A stretch of DNA of 64,000 bases from Marsupella aquatica. Its lineage: Eukaryota > Plantae > Marchantiophyta. The stretch is taken from assembly GCA_973895155.1 (NCBI GenBank), contig OZ316891.1, positions 8,929,875-8,993,874 on the forward strand, in the 5' to 3' direction. Position numbers and translations under genes: made by a program. Below are positions 36,901-49,209 of the stretch, piece by piece. Below the pieces are notes generated by a model. That model saw only the letters and a list, made by a program, of their open reading frames with translations. It did not search any database and was not told the origin of the DNA. Positions within the stretch are counted from its first letter, which is position 1; every line of letters begins with the position of its first letter.

Positions 36901-38320
36901 CATCTATGCCTGGCAAATCGGAATAACCCCGTGGATTTTCGAGAGTCGTTCTCTCGAACATATCTTTAAGCACTTGAAGGTCAGTTTGGCGATTGACGGG
37001 GAACAGCTTGGGCAGTTGATCCAGAAGCCAAGAAAATGCAAACCAAAGCTCACAGGTGACTGACATTCCCCACAACCACATAGCATCTCTGTTTGGGTTC
37101 TGAACTCGCCAAGCCAAGAAGAAACCCAGTACCACGAACCTCAACAATGCAAGGAACCTGTCACAAACAAAATGAGCTCTTAGCACCATCCTGAAATTTT
37201 CCTATTCAGCGGGCTTGAGTAAATTCCATGTTTCCTGGATACTGCTCAAGATCAATGAGCCTGCATAAATTTGAGCTTCATGAGCTGCCCTAGTCTTCAA
37301 GAAATCTCAGATAATGCAAGAGAAGATAGTCAACCTGTATGGACTGATGACGCCAGGTGCAATTCTTAATTTGCGGGAAAGGGGACGTCGCCCTTTTTCG
37401 CCGAAGTTAGGGAGAGCACCCCCGCCCACAGCAGGGCCTCCACCCCCATCACCTCCCATGTAGGAGTCGTCTTTGGGCCACACAGCATTGCCATAACCGT
37501 ATGTGCCCTTTGTCTCATACAGCCATCGGGCGTGCTCGAAAGCCTCCCCATTCGTCTGGTGTTGCTGGCTCATCAACAGTGGGGGCTTGCTACTATTCAT
37601 AACGGAGAGTCTCCTTTCCATAGCTGAATGCTCATCCATGGGGGAAGGAAGAGCTCTGCGGTCATTTAAGTAGTGATCGCGGCGGTTGTCTTCATCGTGA
37701 TCGCCATTCGGATCCGGAACATCGGCATCTTTGAACTCATCCTTGCAGCCGGGGCATTTGCCACCAGCTGCGAGAGCATCCAGGTGACAATCACGACAGA
37801 TTTTGAATTTGCACTCACAAGGGTGATGATCTTCACCTCTGTCGTCTTTGATAACCTTTGAATCACACCCGTCTACTTGACAACGAGAGACTCCATCCGG
37901 GCTCGTGTGACGCGCATCCTTTTCTGTCATCTTCTCCATCACCTGGCCTCGTGTAACAGAATTGAATCCCCCAGTAAACATGGTGCTGGAGACGAATTGT
38001 GGTTGCTCTCCCGATCGAGGAGACATGGGTTGGTGATCTGGAGTGGGGGGAATGTGCACGTGGTATGGGAAGTCTGAGCTCATGTCTCCCGTCATATCTA
38101 TGGAGTTCTCAGTTGTATCGTCGCGAGAGATGGGCACATACCTCCCGGGAGGAGGCGGTAGTGCAGCACCACCTTGCTGCTGCTGCTGTTGCTGCTGCTG
38201 CGGGTGCTTCAAGATACCTTTCGGGGGAACCATTCCTGCTGCTCCTCCTGCCCTTCCTCCCACATTCCTGTGCTGATCTTTGTTGCCCCCGGAGCCTAGA
38301 CCGTTTCCAGGGGCAGACAT
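33929..38320 (-). CDS. CSLD: Cellulose synthase-like D protein, 3 exons (~1191 aa)
   Basis: Exons 38320-37335, 37157-36353, 35713-33929 (3576 nt, in frame, GT-AG). N-terminal Zn finger [11 protein letters not shown]...CPGCK; CSLD-typical [11 protein letters not shown] and [16 protein letters not shown]; catalytic DDG, DCD, TED, QVLRW. Confidence 0.97.
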
Positions 38321-39492
38321 ATCGCCTTAACTACTTCAAACCTGGGCAATTGAATCTGGTGAACTCAACTACGACGTACCAGTCTGCAGCTTCACTCGGC
38401 CCTGATCGAGCTTCAATGTTTCGAGTGAAATCTGCCAGATTCGAGCTCCTCAGAGCTCATGGTTGAGTGAGCCTCCCACAGGTACAAACCCTACGGTCCT
38501 CACGACTGTTTTTGTCAAGGAGGTGAATCACCAGCATTCTTGTTTGAATTCCCTTGAGCACTGACTTTACTGTAATTTCCTTGTCCGTCTACGACAGCAA
38601 TAAGTAAGAATTGAGGCTCACCGCCAATGTTTCTTATTGCTGCGGTCTCTGCAAAGATGTGCTGAGTGGCCAACTCGCCTACAAAGCTCTTATGCACCAG
38701 TGTAACCATTTGTTTTTTGAGACTGAGTGAAACTGCTGAATTGGAAAGGCCCCAGGCATCCAGGCTTTTCGGTCTCGTAAACAGTATGCCCCTCACAGCA
38801 TGCAGTGAACTAGATACCTCCTCTGCCATCCTGGAGGTAACATCATGATCGGCCAGCAGCGGAATACCTATATTACCATGATGGAGCTCCTCTTCGGTTA
38901 CAGCCAGGAATTTCTCGGATGTGCACTGTTCGAGTCTGATTCAGCTAGATTCCCAAATTGTGCAAACGCTCTCCCTCGTGCTTGAATTCCTGGAGAACGA
39001 CCATCATGAACTCTTACTCGGTTGATCATGGCGACTCGCTTCGAATGCAGCGGTGATCTGTGAGCAAGTCCAGGAAAAGAGCAGCTGTTCGAGAGGTCAA
39101 GGTAGCAACAGTGCATGAAAATGGCATAAATCCCAGGCAGTGTTTGAGGCTTAAATTCAGCAAGCATCACTCATGTACGTCCGTCTATTTTACTCTTTCT
39201 GACTTTGAGAACAGTGGTTGATTCTGGATACGCTACATAGTATGCACACAAAACTCCGACGAAGCAAGGCATCCTCCGCGAGAATCGAAGTTGCAAAACC
39301 AGCTGCTGCTGCTGCGGCTGGCATGCTTTGAGGCACCGACCTAAGTTGCGATCTATATGCATTTTGCAGATAAATCATCACCTCCCCATCAAGAGAGGAT
39401 ATGATCGTAGTACTCGTCTCCGTCCGATTGATCTGGGCGTGTCTTCCTGTTCACTGATGGACCGGAAGCTTTCTGTCGTGTATCATGCAGTA

Positions 39493-39520
39493 CACAACAA
39501 CAACAACAACAACAACAACA
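39493..39520. repeat. (CAA)n microsatellite
   Basis: Direct reading of the CAACAACAA run. Confidence 0.9.
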
Positions 39521-40294
39521 GTGCCTGTCAAAGACACGGAATTGCTAATTGCATGCATCCGTGCAGGATTCTCGCTTTTACTTCCTATTTGTCATGGACA
39601 ACGCTAAGATTGCTGTTGTTGTGGGGTGGGCTAGATTAAAGTGCATAATGAAAGCTGGCGTGGGACCTACCGGATCTGTCACTCACGTTCGTCCTTCTGT
39701 TTAAGCAGAAATTTTGAAAATAACGAATCGGAAATTTTGTCTTATCAGAGGCGAATTTGAACAGATCCGAATCGGTCACCCTCTCGACCAGTTGTGCGAG
39801 AAAAGAGGGGTTTAGCAGGGGAGATTTAATGACGGTCATCTTTGGCAACAAAGGAAGGTACTTAAATTTAGCAGGAACTGTTACCGAAGAGCAGCCCAGG
39901 CAACAATGGAAGTTACAAATTTCGCAGGATTGTTCGGAGTGGTTTTCGTCAGAAGGGAATATACATGCGTGCAAGTTTCCCTGGTTAGGCTCATTATTTC
40001 TGCTCAAAGGCAAAAATAATGAGAATCGAGTGGAAGAACTAAATGTCCGAGTGAGACAAATCCGAACAGACCAAATGGAAGAAATCAGAATCTAAACAGT
40101 GCTAAAAGAAGCCTAAAGAAAATTTAACATAACCAATCAAAGAGACTGACCGGGCACCGGGCCGGGAAGAAAGTAGGAAGGAATTGAGCAGCAAAGCGAA
40201 GAAGCGATATAGTTTCTTGCTGCGAGAATCAACACTAGGCAAAGATGCGAGTGATCGACTCGACTAATAGTTAAGGATCGAAACCCATTCTCAT

Positions 40295-40299
<5 letters not shown>

Positions 40300-40377
<78 letters not shown>
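40300..40377. repeat. (CT)n/(GA)n microsatellite upstream of CSLD
   Basis: Perfect TC dinucleotide run of ~78 bp. Confidence 0.97.
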
Positions 40378-40381
<4 letters not shown>

Positions 40382-41574
40382 TTTCGCTTCACTGAGCTGT
40401 TAGTAGACTGATTAGGGGGAAGAAGACAGAATGATCGTGGTTGCCCTCGTCCATGAGTTTCATCAAATTTTAACCGACACTCGAGAATACATACCCAGCT
40501 TGACATCAATAGCTCTTGTATGAATGGCCGTCTCCGTGTAAACTACTGTCGTCTAGGGTCTGCCGATCCTGGCCTATTGCCTATTTCTACAAGCATAAAA
40601 TTTATATGCTGTCCCAAGCAATTTCTCATGATCAGTCTTAGCCAGACCTTGAATGTAAGGATGTTAAATTTTGAGCTGAAAATCATATCACTCCCTGGTC
40701 AAGACTTGCACAGCTAGACAAAAACGAAGCTGTTGAACGCTTATCCTAGCGGCTTGCCTTGGAGATACCAATTCGTTGAGAAAGGATAGGCTTGTGCACT
40801 AAGTGTGTTTAGTGGATGTGATGGGATTTTTCGGGGATGTGACATCTGGGATTCCATGCCTCTGCATCGACTCGGTGATTCTGTTTGTTCTTCAAAGCAT
40901 GGACATTGAGGAACCTTGCTTCATGGAAGATGCATTAATTTACCACAAGTATAGGCGATGGCATTTGGCCATGTCACATTGAATTAATGAAAGTTGAACG
41001 CCAGCCTACGTCCAAGCAAATTAAGACCAGGCACCAATCCTTCTGTGGAATGGAAAGTTATGTGCATAGTGCAGTTACCAGCTTCAATCCCAAGAGTATT
41101 AAACACTAAGACCATTGCTTGCCACATATTCAAGATAGTGATTAAGGGGTTCAAATGTCTTCACACAGTAAACAAATCAATGGAATTATTACCACGGTAT
41201 TCACCTGTTGGCGACTTGTCGTCAGAACAGAAATCGTAAAATAAAATCTCCACCTCGTTCGATCGTAACGCACCTTAAGAAGAACCGTTTTCTAATATAA
41301 TGCCAGAAGCTTAGTTTCTATATAGACAGGCTAGCTCGAACGTTTCGTGGAGTTTTATCATCTACAGCTCTAACCACTTAAATATAGCCTACTTCTTTCT
41401 CCCTTAACTGTGTAAACAATTACCTGGACGTCAGAGTTGAAATCTGTGGTCCTCGTGACTGGACTCACAAAATGAGTCAAGATGCACAACACTTCGGTTC
41501 TACCATTATAATACCAGGAATGCGCAAAAGTTGATTTATTTAACAAATTGTTGTGCACAACACCCAGCTCAAAA

Positions 41575-41995
41575 ATGTGGCATTCCGGAATGGTAGGCTG
41601 GAAATGTGATGTTCGGAAAAGGTGGCTGGAAAATTGTCTGGACCATTCCTGGATATGGTGGGGGGAACCCAAAAGTGAGGCTGGAAATGTGATGTTAGGA
41701 AAAAGGTGGGCTGGGAAAGTTTGAGAGCATTTCCGGAAATGGGGAGGAAGACATAAAATTGAGGCTGGACATGTGATGTTCGGACAAAGGCGGGTTGGAG
41801 AAGCGTGGGCCATTTCCAGAATGGGGAACGAAAGCGCAAAAAGGTGACGTTCCTAAATGATAGGCTAAAAATGTGTTGTTTGGAAAGGTGGGCAAGAAAA
41901 TGTGTGGGCCATTTTCGGAAATGGGGAGGAAATCAAACTCAAGTTAATCTCAGGTCTGGAGAAATATGTGGGCCGTGGGAAATAGGGAGGGAAAC
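41575..41995. repeat. Degenerate ~83-bp tandem repeat
   Basis: GCTGGAAATGTGATGTT(C/A)GGA..AAGG.GG recurs at ~41597, 41680 and 41764, and more divergently at ~41863, each followed by CATTTCCGGAAATGGGG-like text. Confidence 0.7.
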
Positions 41996-42705
41996 TAAAT
42001 TCAGGTTACTCTTAAGGCAAAATGCCCAAGAAAAGTGATTCCGGACATGGCTATCCAAGCTACTACTACGGTGCTCCATGGCGTGGTAGCTGGTTCAATA
42101 TAACAGTCTCGTTTTTGCAAGGGGTCTTAAATTGTAGACTTTTGATTCTTGATTTCGGTGCCTTGCCAATCGGAAGAGGATTTTCGCTCCGATTGAATTC
42201 CTTCCCTGTTCCTGGGGCTCGGTCGCTGATAGCAGGGACTGTGGAATTGCAAACTAAGATGATTTGACAATCAAGTTCCTAAATCAATTTTCAGAACGAA
42301 CCAGAATATGAGTGGAGAGCAGGAGAGGAGATCGAGGACCGCTGTAGTTGTAGGAAGAAAAGTGTACTTCCGTTTGCCCTTTCTTCCCTCAGCCAAAATC
42401 CCATCCAGCCACATATACTTATTTCTCTGGAGGGTGCGAGCCAACTCCGGCCACACTATTCAGAACATGCATCCAACTTGAGCTACAACATTAAATTCAT
42501 TTAAAATTAGGTGGAAATATATGTACTATACACTCTCGGTTGTTGGGGTTGTTTGGTTGAAAAGTTGGCAAATCGAAGCCATGCCGCTTCATGCTGTCCA
42601 AACAGCTCAAATCACTGTTGGTACAGGAACGGACGTGCATCAGAAAGGAGATTCGGCAAAACTACGATGAAATGAATGTGACCATCTGAACCACCTCAAT
42701 GCCAC

Positions 42706-44212
42706 CTAGTTCTCAGTCGAAAGATGCGACAGGGTTCGGAGCCTCTGCCATAGATCTCCTGTCGCTGTGTCAAGAACTGTGCTGCTGCAAGCAACTATGT
42801 CCCACCATTCGAATGCGCACACCTCTGCAAAAAATATCGAGGGCTTCCATTCCATCTGACCTATATACAGATTCAGCTCCTGCACAGATGCTTTCCCGTC
42901 AGCGACGCTGGTCATCAAGCCTTGGACGGCAGCATCTCCTCCAACAAACAGACCTGGCAACACGGTGCTGAATCCCCGTGAGCCCCCGTTTTTGCTTAAA
43001 ACGTGAATTTTGGAAGCCGAAACTAAATCGCCTCCAACATACTTTGGGCAACCAGCCAAGTCGAGCAATGCGCTTTGATTGACGCCTTTCAGCCCGTACG
43101 GCGAAAACGGCATTCGCTTATTCAGGATGATCCCGTAGTAGTGATCGTCACCACATCCCAGCAACAACACCACAGCTTCCTTGAGGAAGGCGTGGCGTCG
43201 CAGCTTATTCGTTGCAACTAGAACGCAACCCACTTCTGGCGTTGAAATTAGATGAGCCCAGTGCTTGGTATTGGAGAGCGGAGTGCCAACGCCGGGACCC
43301 ATCGATTCGTGCTCTGCACTCATTGTTCCCATCTCAGACGAACACAGCCGCGCTCGAAAATCCCGCCAGTGCGTTGTGTCGGGGGGCGAGAGAGGAGCTC
43401 CCACTGTCGCCGCGGCAGAATTTTCGGCGGATTCGCCCACTTTTACCCTCGCATAGAAATCTGCAATCCATGATTCATCGTCTGCCGGGCGTTCATCCTC
43501 AGCCCTCCGCCCTACGCAGAAACACTGAAAGCTTCGATCCGCTGCATGTCACGTGTACAGCGAACCAACAAAATCAGATGATCTGCTGCTAGACAGCTAG
43601 ATAACGGTGACCGTGTTTCGATCCACTTCATGATTCACAAATCTGGTGCGCTCACAGTGGGACCTGCAGGATACACTCGTTTCTAAGGAGCAAAAGCATG
43701 TGGCATGTTTCTCGCGAGGAACACTATCCAACACTATCTCTACCGAGAATACCGCATTCTAAGAAGTTGCACAACGCAAGATAATTAACTCCCTATGTAT
43801 GGAAATAGAGCAACTGTCTGGGTCCGTTGTTCAAGCTGTAGGAGCATAAATCGTTGGCGCAGACACCATGATCCATCGAGCGTCAGCAGATCTCAATACT
43901 GTAGGGGTTTCGGTAATAAAATTCCATTCAAATTCTGAAAATCGTTTCACAACACAAGCGGTGAAATGTGAACCGCTACAATTTCTTGCACAATGTGATG
44001 AGCGCGAGAGAGGACGTACCACGATCAGATTTAGGAGGAGCGGATGATGCTGCCAGTGCTGCTGCCCCATTAAAACTCGAGCCAAGTCCAAAGGAAACCG
44101 CACTCCTCCCACGGTTGCACGCTGAAATGAATTGCGACTCAAAAGAAGCACCACCCCACTGTTTCCCTGCTCGTGGAAAACTAAACCTACCCGACACCAC
44201 GCCACATGCCAT
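42706..44212 (-). CDS. DUF179 (YqgE/AlgH-like) protein with probable plastid transit peptide, 2 exons (~342 aa), divergent
   Basis: Exon 1 44212-44020 (Ser/Ala/Arg-rich, ends G|GTACGT) and exon 2 43541-42706 (after CATGCAG) total 1029 nt, in frame. Motifs WRDFRARL, WAHLISTPEVGCVLVAT, VVLLL, GIILNK, VGG, WWDIVACS. Confidence 0.82.
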
Positions 44213-44954
44213 TTCTACCAGCGCAAGAACCTCATCTTGCGGCCAAGATTGTTATCGGGTAGATTCACCACTTTGTACAACGGTAGGCCTAAACCCCTTA
44301 GATTTGCACTTTGCGCCGTCGACACAGTCCATAAAGATGACTACATTTGAAAGTCACAACACCACTTCCAGTGGGAGTCGGACTTGGCATCAAAGCAAGC
44401 AAGCCACGAGTCGTCACGAGAGGCTACCACTAGAATGCAAGGCAAAGCCCCGGAAGATTCATGTGAACACGATTTCCAGAGAAAAGCTGAGGGGCACTAC
44501 GTACTCGACCAGAACTCTTCTTGTCAAACCCTCCAACATCCGCGAAACTTACGACTAGCCCACCACCAAACTGACAGAAACCTGATGATATCTCGAGCTT
44601 GCACTGTGGACAACGGTGGCACCAAGCGCTCCGCCTAATTCTCGCCCCAAGTTATGCAGAGATTGGGTCACATGTCGTTCGCAGCCGGGAAACGACATTT
44701 AGAAACCACAGTGATCGACAAAAATAATCATCAATCCGGAACAAAAGTTCACCCAACTAGTGAGTCTGACGCAGCTGATCAGGCGCCCCGTCGGCAAGAG
44801 AGAGAAAATTCGCCGCCACGATTTAGAAACTTCGGGCGACCTCCACGACGACGAAAGGACAGCCGCCAGTGAATGCTTCGTTGCAAGACCCAGTCAACGA
44901 GCAAGATCCAGTGAATTCCGCTCGACAGCAACGAAAGGACACAGCCCAGCGATT

Positions 44955-45210
44955 TATTTCAATCGACGATGAAGCGTCGACACTCTAGAGAAACCTGTCT
45001 ATACTGTCGTCAAATCAGAGCAATTGGATGATGACTTCGAATCTATTCAATCGGCAATAGAGCTTCGACACTAGAGAGAAACCAGTCGATCGTATTATCA
45101 AATTAGTTAAATTGGATGACGACTTCGAATTGCAGTCAATCGACAATGAAGCGTCGACACTCGAGAGAGACTTGTCGATTGTATAGTCAATTTTGATGAC
45201 GACCTCGAAC
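44955..45210. repeat. Degenerate tandem repeats (~85-90 bp units)
   Basis: CAATCGAC(G/A)ATGAAGCGTCGACACTC.AGAGA at ~44960 and ~45137, with a diverged middle copy at ~45048; ATTGGATGA.GACTTCGAAT occurs twice. Confidence 0.7.
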
Positions 45211-45473
45211 GTGATGGTAATACTAGCACTTTAGCAGGCTTCTTGTAATCCACAAATTGAGGCGGCTGCGGCATCGGTTGGGTTGTCGGGCGGCGTGCAC
45301 AGGATAATGGGGTGATAAGTAATGTACAGTACATGCTATCAAATGTGACGAATGTCAGAATGTGGTTGCAAAGGATGCTTCCCACTTATCCGCGACAGAA
45401 ACTTCCAATGGGAGATATGGATCAGTCTCTGCCAGTGCTCTTTATAGTTTTCCCTTTTCAGCCAGTGTGTGAA

Positions 45474-46205
45474 CGAGAAGATCGCTAATAACATTCTTTA
45501 TTCGATTTTCCTGAAGTATTTTCTGGCCACTACATCTCCCTAGATTTAAGAATTATTTTCTGGTCACTAGATCTCCCTATACTTAAGGATTACCTTTAGA
45601 TTTTGAGTAATGGGGCAGAGAAGATTGCTAATAACATTCTTTATTCTATTTTCCTGAATTATTTTCTGGCCACTACATCTCCCTAGATTTAAGAATTCTT
45701 TTCTGGTCACTAGATCTCCCTATATTTAAGGATTACCGTTAGATTTTGAGTAATGGGGCCTGTGATTAGATGGGTGTGAATTTTCTGTCCAGTAAATCTC
45801 CCTAGATTTAAGGATGCTCGTTAGATTTTGACTAACGGGGCCTGTGACTAGATGTGAATTTTCTGGCCAGTAGATCTTTTTAGATGTAAGGATGATCGTT
45901 AGATTTTGACTAACTAATGGGGCCTATGACATGAGTATTTTCTGGCCAGTAGATCTCCTTAGATTTAAGGATGCTCGTTAGATTTTGACTAATGGGGCCT
46001 GTGGCTAGATGTGAATTTTCTGGCCAGTAGATCGTTTTAGATGTAAGGATGATTGTTAGATTTTGACTAACTAATGGGGCCTATGACTAGATGAGTATTT
46101 TCTGGCCAGTAGATCTCCTTAGATTTAAGGATGCTCGTTAGATTTTGACTAAGGGAGCCTGTGACCAGATGAGAAATTAGATAGTAGTAATGGGGCCTTT
46201 GATTA
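45474..46205. repeat. Minisatellite with higher-order structure
   Basis: Core TTTTCTGGCCA(G/C)TA(G/C)ATCTCC.TAGATTTAAG repeats throughout. It is arranged first as a ~144-bp duplication (45476/45620), then as alternating ~58/62-bp units forming ~120-bp dimers (45780-46170). Confidence 0.9.
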
Positions 46206-47546
46206 GGTGGTAAAATCACTGTAGCTAGTCGGACACGTTAAGGATAGTGGGGTGATTTTTATAGTAGCTAGTCTACCAGATCTTGCCATGTAAGCAGATT
46301 TATATTCTATAAATTTGCACTGTATTTTTGGGGGTATTTATACACAGGTATAGGATGACAAGGCAGCAGGCGCGCGTACCCTAACTAATCTCAGCCATTG
46401 AAATTGACGGTCGGATATTAGGCGCGGGGAGCTGTCGATCTGGTCCATTTGATTGAGTCAATTAATGGCCACAATCCTTAACATATGTTTAGGGCCGCCC
46501 CCTGCTCCTTAATGGGGTATTCAAGCTTCCGTATGCCTCCCCGCATACACAGGTCGACATACTGTCACTCTAATATCCCATTAAGAAGCAGGACGAGACA
46601 GTAAACATATACGTAAAACCTAGCCAATTGTTGCCAAAAGTGACAGAATTATTGGCGATGGAAACATCATCCTGTGCACCCGCACTCCTACTTTTGGGAG
46701 GTAGCCGAAGTGGTCTACACTAAGTTGCCTGATCATAGCTTCCAAACTGCAAGTGCCAAAGAACAAAAAAGGAAAACCTGAGACATGATTTCAAAGTGGG
46801 ATGGGGAAATTACAGGGGGGAGCAGCTTCTGATGAAACTGGTTGCAAGTTTCCTTTCTAAGTGGCAATGACTACAGTCCTACTGTAGTGATTTTCTTCGC
46901 TTTTGAATACATCATATGGCAATTTCATATAATCATATGGCGATTTCATCCCACAATAAAATACAGAGGAACAAAATAAACAAAGTGGGTGTAAGGGGGG
47001 ATGGCAAAGGCAGCACAGATCAGCCAAAAGGTCCGTTAAATTGTCAGCGTTGAGACACCCATCCGAATGATGGATTTTGCTTTCAACCAGCTCCATTTTC
47101 CACTCATGAAACAGAGTGACTGTTCGATCACCAGATAGAAAGACATTCTTTGAGATAGCCTAATGATGGATTTTGGCTTCATTGAAGCTCCACTCCATTA
47201 ATCAAACAGAGTGACTGTTTGATCGCCAGCTAGAAAGACATTCATTGGTCAGGCAGGAGTAACGACACCTAGCACATGCTATTCCCATCAGCACTCACGT
47301 TCTACACAATCATGGACCTCAATCAATTCACTGAAATCGACTTTACTAAAATTTGCTTTCGAGTTGCAGCAGTGCAGAATTTTCCCAGCTGCAAGCCTCT
47401 ATCCATCAAAAACTATAACAAGACTTTGCGCCAAAATATCCAGTGGTCGTATTTAAATTTACAGGGCCGTTCTGGGTGTAAGAAATTGATATGGAAAAAA
47501 TTGAAGGAATATGACCCAATAAATGAGACTCTTTGAATGCAGCTAC

Positions 47547-48350
47547 TGTAGGCCCCGCACACTGCTACCGACGAGCTCGATCGGCCCGGCGAAATGCCTG
47601 CCTTGTGTGCGGAGCAATGACCCTAATCGACAAGCTCACCGTGCCTGGCCCAGACACCGACTCAGCCACGCCCTCGCATCCGACTTGCCCTCACAGCCAT
47701 CGCTCGACTCAAGGCCGCGCCCGACTCCCCTACTCGCCCTACTCACCGCCACGTCAACTCGCCCTCCCCTCTCGACTCCCTCTGGACTCTTGAGTCCCCT
47801 CCCTCCTGTCCCTAAAAACCCCTCCCTGCGCGATCCCTCCGTGCGCAGCACGTCCGCCCCCCCCCCCCCCCTCCCTTCGCGACTCGAATGGACCAGCGCA
47901 AGGCCAGACGAGCAAGGCCAGACGAGCGAGGCCCAAGCAAGGCCGGACCAGCGAGGCCCCATGACGAGCGGGGCCAAGCAAGGCCCGACCACTGAAACAT
48001 AGCAAGTGTGCTCCACGATGAAGGCCTCGCTCAATATATATATCAGAGTGCACAAAAGCAAAAAATGCCAAACCGGGAGAAATAATACAAAAGGCAAAGC
48101 AACCCATTGAAAGGGAGAGAGTAAAAGAGGGGAGTCCAGAGGGAGCAGAGAGGGGAGCTGTCCCTGAAGGCCCGAGTGACCAAGGCCCGACCGCATCACG
48201 TATAGGGTAATGGTCTTGGGATGGACCATTACTGCATATAAAGGTCGACCTTATGTCGACCCGCGTATGCAGGGAGGCATACAGGAGATAGTATACGCGT
48301 AATGGTCCATCACAAGCCCATTGGCCAACATTAAGGGCATGTCTGCCACA
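47547..48350 (-). mobile_element. Possible solo or partial LTR
   Basis: GC-rich ~800-bp block bounded by TGTAGGCC...TGCCACA with an internal TATATATA on the minus strand. No matching TSD, PBS or PPT was identified. Confidence 0.3.
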
Positions 48351-48363
48351 AACAGGCCAGAAA

Positions 48364-48603
48364 CTCGGGGGGGTCACTATATGAAGGGTCATACATCACG
48401 TGCGACGGTTTGGGTCATTTATAATCCCCCTAAGTCACTTTCTATAAAGTTGTACGACATCAATCATGTGATGACAAGTATGCATTTTGCAATTAAACAA
48501 CCCTATGTTTCCATTGAAGACTTAATAAGTCTTCCACCAAAACCATTTAAATGGCCCTATACTTCGTCACACGTGATATGGAAGTGACCCCCCCCCCCCC
48601 GAG
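48364..48603. mobile_element. MITE, 240 bp, with 8-bp TSD
   Basis: TIRs CTC(G)nTCACT and AGTGA(C)nGAG; direct repeat GCCAGAAA at 48356-48363 and 48604-48611. A related left end starts at 49210 (CTCAGGGGGGTCACTTCCA...ACATCATGTGCGAC). Confidence 0.85.
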
Positions 48604-48965
48604 GCCAGAAATGTTCTGGCACAGACAATAGACAAGACCCTTGTCGTCTGACACACACCATGACTATACCTCTTTGCATATTCCAGAAAATTATGACTTA
48701 CAAATATCTCAAAACTTTACAAATCACATTATAAGACATAAAGTGATGATGTGGCACATTCTGATTAGCCCAAATGCTCTTATAGTCAACCAATGCCCTT
48801 AATGACCAAGAGACGAGCGACTAACGACTGACGACTGACCAGCAAGCAAAGACTGGCCAAGTGTGGCCTGACCAAGTGCTTGACAACAGAGGCGGCGACT
48901 CCCAGCCACGTCTGGACCCGGGATCCCAAGGTGGGATGAAACCTGAGACAGCGACCTAAGACGTA

Positions 48966-49209
48966 CTCTGAGTCCAAACTCCTGCCCTAACTTATCCCCA
49001 TGGCCATGGCACCAACTCCCCCTGCCAAGCCCTTGGTTGCGCTATGTCTTGACACTAGATTCCGCACTCAACTACGCATGGGTTGGGGGCCAAAATATTG
49101 GGACCAAAGTTGGCCCAAGACTCTGGGTCCAAACTCCTGCCCTAACTTAACCCCATGCCATGGCACCAACCTCCCCATCAATCACTTGGTTGTTGTTACG
49201 TCTTGACAC
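48966..49209. repeat. ~90-bp direct repeat, two copies
   Basis: CTCTG.GTCCAAACTCCTGCCCTAACTTA.CCCCATG...CTTGGTTG...GTCTTGACAC at ~48966-49055 and ~49121-49209. Confidence 0.8.

Noticed and set aside
40137-40509. ER-repeat ORFs
   Set aside because: Translation of the (GA)n microsatellite.
43968-44558. 196-aa plus-strand ORF
   Set aside because: Antisense to DUF179 exon 1, starts at GTG, no domain.
45474-46205. CRISPR-like array
   Set aside because: The intervening segments are themselves repeated, there are no cas genes, and the context is eukaryotic; it is a minisatellite.
47523-48392. Overlapping 159-212-aa ORFs
   Set aside because: GC-rich repeat-derived sequence without gag/pol or other motifs.
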